The notes beneath the pieces were generated by a model. It saw nothing but the letters and a program-made list of their open reading frames with translations, ran no database searches and was not told the DNA's origin. From Tubiluchus corallicola (taxonomy: Eukaryota > Animalia > Priapulida), in contig JAQGDQ010002371.1 of the NCBI GenBank assembly GCA_030141605.1, positions 620,001 to 684,000 of the forward strand: a stretch of 64,000 nt of DNA. Direction: 5' to 3'. The position numbers and the translations under genes are program-made. Position 1 is the stretch's first letter; every line of letters begins with the position of its first letter. Positions 55,096-64,000 of the stretch are shown here, in pieces.

Positions 55096-55101
55096 TTTAT
55101 T
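55096..55101 (-). terminator. Candidate polyadenylation signal (AATAAA) for beta-tubulin B
   Basis: tttatt on + strand ~360 nt past the stop codon. Confidence 0.5.
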
Positions 55102-55457
55102 TTGAAAAATATCCACAAACTTAAGAAAAACTGTCATTGTTCAACAATTAACATGCAAAATATTAAATAGGGAAGAGACTTCAATACTGAAATTGCAAAA
55201 TCATTGACTGATATGAAGTTTATGTAATACTTTTAACAGTAAGCATTCTACTAAATTTAGCATAGTTGACGATATTCACAAGTTGTTCACAAAACTGTCA
55301 TTATTAAATCAAGTCATTTTAACTAACTAAAGGAAAAGAGATATATTCAATACTAAAATTACATCATCGTTGATCAGTATGGTATTTTATGCAATACTTT
55401 GCACAATTCATATTTCAAATCTATTAGAAATTATGCCATTAACCATGTGTTGTATGT

Positions 55458-60331
<4,874 letters not shown>

Positions 60332-60479
60332 TTTGACAAATCTTTAGACCTTCTGAGATTAAACTTATATGGCAGGTTGTTCAGCGTACAGTGACAGAAT
60401 AATAGAAAGCTACCGGTTTTGTACGCAGTTACACACCCAATATTCATTCGCCACTAAGGTATTTGAATATGATGTCACC

Positions 60480-60600
60480 ACCCTAGCTTCTGATTGGCTA
60501 GGCTTCTATTTTTTCGCGAATTGAGAATCCCAGATTACTACAGTTAGCGGAATGCGCGCCAATCCAACACGTAAGCCTTTGGCGCCATCCAGCGGGCCTC
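60480..60600 (-). promoter_or_regulatory. Putative proximal promoter of beta-tubulin B (CCAAT boxes, CpG-rich, CTCF-like site)
   Basis: ctgattggct (~60490-60499), gccaatcc (~60558) and gcgccatccagcgg (60582-60595), 150-270 nt upstream of the ATG. Confidence 0.4.
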
Positions 60601-61164
60601 AATTGGATACTTATATTTGCAGTTAACGTCAATCAGCCGCGTCGTCATGATTTCTCGTTTATCCTTGTAAGCTAAATACTTATGAAAAGTATTTTTAATT
60701 TATTTATGCACGTATATCTAAAACCATACATCAGTTTTATAATTATGTAGCCTTACTCTAACCACATCATCCCCCAAATGTTAACCTATCACGCTAAAAA
60801 GTACAGTGTTCTGCCTTCACGCGTACTCTAGGTGTCTACATACATACCCAAAAGTGATTACAAATTAGTCTAAAACTTTGAACGAACGCTTTTTTAGTTT
60901 TTGATGTGGGTGTTGTTGGCCTGTTATCATTATCTATAAATGGCTGTTTTAGAAGCTCTGTTCAGTCTTCAGTGTGTTGCTTGTACTTGTTCCAGTACGT
61001 ATTATGGTGAACAGCACGGTGGCGACATCATTTGCAAAAAGGAAAAAATGAATTGAATCGAAATTTTATGAGAATGAGAGTTACATATTACATCATGCAT
61101 ACAATACACACATATCACTATACCAAAGAAAAATTAACTAATCTAAATACGGATATACATCTGT

Positions 61165-61320
<156 letters not shown>

Positions 61321-64000
61321 TTTCTGCAAGTTCAGTCTCAAAATTCAAAGTCCTTACTAAACAGAGTTTGTAATAATCAATTCGTATACAAGAGACTACA
61401 TATGACAATCACTATGGTAGATTATTTCGAATCAGTTTAATTTGAGACTTTTCTGTACGTGACTTCAGAGGGTAATGTTTAGTTGATATACATAAGATAT
61501 GAGGCAAGTCAATTTTTTAAATCACGCATATAAACTCAAAAATAATCTACCAGTAAAAACACCCAATCAAGAAAATCCAGAACTGATAAAATTGAGAAAA
61601 CGTGCAGATGGGCTTACTTTTACTAGCAAAAATTAGCTGGTAAAAGTAAACCCGTCCAGAACCGGACTTTGCCGAAAACACTCTGATGAGTCACAAGCCA
61701 ATGCTACAAAACTTAATCACTGTAACTGATGATATGTTTCATCGAATCTATATTAAAATTACAAATTTTATTTTCTTAGACGCACGTTTTTTTAACCCAG
61801 GCTAATCAATGAATTAAAATAAAAGTCAAGCTGTGATTATACCCGTGAATATTATTTGTTTAGACTGCAAGCATTATAAGTACAAGACAAATTGCTAGTT
61901 CACAGTTTTCTTTTGGTCCTATATATATATATATGCGTCATGTCATCGTATATATTAAACGCAAGATACTCGGTAACCGTGTGATACAAAGTTCAACTGA
62001 TAAAAAGGTAATATACTATGTAACATACTGTAAAATTATTACTGCTGATGTAGAGTTCCATAAAAACATAACTTTTTCTTAGATATTGCAACTAGCGGAC
62101 AGTTTGCTTTGATATCTGAAACTGAATGAATAAAAAGGTGCAAATATATAAACGTTGTTTATAGGGCAACTGATTGTTTAAAAAAGTTATGCAGAAATAA
62201 CTGCTTTTTGTGAAACATATTACAGAAGTCTAGACAAATGCGAATGGGACTCAAAATCGGATTTGCGTTGTTACGAGACACATTTTCTTCTGACTTAGCT
62301 ATAGATGGCAAATTTGGCCAAATTATTAAAGGACCATGATAAAATATCTAATAAGCAGGCGATTCATCGTGTAAAATTGCTACCTTATGCTTTCAAATTT
62401 CGTAGTCATACTGAAATCGTTCTGCTTTTTAAAGTTAAAATTTATGGACTGCACTTATGTTTTGTCAATGAACTACTAACTGATTAATGCTAACTAACTA
62501 ATAACTAAGTAAATAACATTTATTGACATCTGACTGCTAAACACTGCTAAGCGATGCACGGCGACGCATTTTGTAAAAAGTGGCTGCGTTGGAGCCAACT
62601 TTTCTATCGTATAATAAGGCTCAAATGTTTAATAACAATAAAAAAACTTTATTTTAAAATCAACGTGAATAAAATAAATTCAGCAACTACTAAGTTCAAA
62701 TAAATAGGAAGTTTTTTAATGTCGTTTAGCAATGTTTCAACATAAAAATAAAAATATTCTGTACATTTGTTATTAACTTCAATGTACATTTGATTTAGTA
62801 CAGGGGGTTTACGTGCACCAGAATATGAGTCTCCGTCTTGTTACTACCTCATTATTAGTGATGTATGTACTCTACAATTACAAGTAATATATTAACGTAT
62901 TAATTGTATTTATAATGACTACAATACGTGTGTTGTGCTAATCCAGTAAATATTAAAAGTATATTACTACACCGTTTTACACGAAATATATTTATAGGCT
63001 TATTCCTTTTTATCTAGCACTGCAACGATACCTTTAGCTAACGTTTACACTCAGGTTAATTAAGGTGACGTATCAGGTCAACCACCGATCTTAGCCACCC
63101 ACTAGTCACTCACATAAAAACTCGCCCACCCGGCATAGACCAATCCTTATTGCTCAAATAATCAGCTACAAAAAGTATTTTGTACCTACATAAATCCTCA
63201 TTAAGAACCTATATTAAAAAGTTTACTAATATAAATATCAGAAAATTTGCTGAGTTACATATACTATTTCAATAATAAAGAAGTTTTTGAAGTTACTATT
63301 TCCTTGAACATGTTGACCGTCTAAGTATATAACTTATTTAACAGAAAACGCAATAAATTTTCACGTTCGTAATTACTCCAGAATTTTGTGCGGTTTACGA
63401 TGACGAGCGCTGAAAACCCGTCAGTGAATCTCAGTTTGATGCGAGCGTGTCCATCCAACAATTTTAGTTAATCAGAAACTTTCACAAGCAACACCCACAG
63501 CTATTCCTAAGCTCTATTACTCATTCACACAATGGCAAACCGCAAGTGAAGGTATTAAAGCTTCCGGCTGTTTTAATGGTAATTACAAACAAGGTTATGA
63601 GTCAACATTTGCGTATGTCTTGTTTCACGTGGTTCGGTATGAATTGCACCTATATTTCTTACCATATTAAATGTTTTTGCATATTAAAAAGTATCTAGTA
63701 TACGTAATAATAATGTTGCTGTTTATCCGCATACTGGTTAACCTCAGCTATCCTCACGAACATCAAATTTGTATACCTTATTAGTACTATGCACTATTTT
63801 GTTAGATACACCTAACAAATTTAAAACTACGAACATGATAGGCTGTGGGCCGATTACGAATTCATAGGCATTCTAATATTTCAAAATGTTGTTTACAGTG
63901 ACATTTCACGTATTACTCATCTCGTGGTTTAATTACGACACAGCGCCCAGGGATGTGTAATTGTGAAGGTATAATAATGTTACTTCACGGTCATTGCCTA

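Noticed and set aside
61683-61712. ctgatgag...caaaac, hammerhead-ribozyme-like core (similar weak case near 13589)
   Set aside because: The invariant GAAA is missing and stems I-III cannot be built.

Overview
AT-rich genomic DNA from an intron-rich invertebrate animal (bilaterian-type genes; species not determinable from the sequence). Manual splicing gives five complete protein-coding genes. (1) MOB4/phocein, + strand, 7 coding exons, 2522-9033. (2) A cyclic-nucleotide-gated channel beta subunit (CngB/TAX-2/CNGB1-3 type), + strand, 20 coding exons, 11105-26378, about 1061 aa. (3) A single-coding-exon LRR type-I membrane protein with a PDZ-binding tail, - strand, 27629-29434, convergent with the channel gene. 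(4, 5) Two tandem beta-tubulin genes, - strand, 49059-54312 and 55458-60331, 447 aa each with identical intron positions. An ~18 kb stretch (29.5-48.3 kb) has no credible coding ORF; it and the introns carry MITEs, a Tc1/mariner relic, a Helitron-like element, a SINE and microsatellites. I see no clearly new biological system. The best leads are an inverted repeat enclosing the MOB4 promoter and first exon, RFX X-box-like sites shared by the channel gene and the axoneme-motif tubulin (a possible ciliary neighbourhood), and divergence between the tubulin paralogues. All alignments and motif matches were done by eye; no database searches were run.
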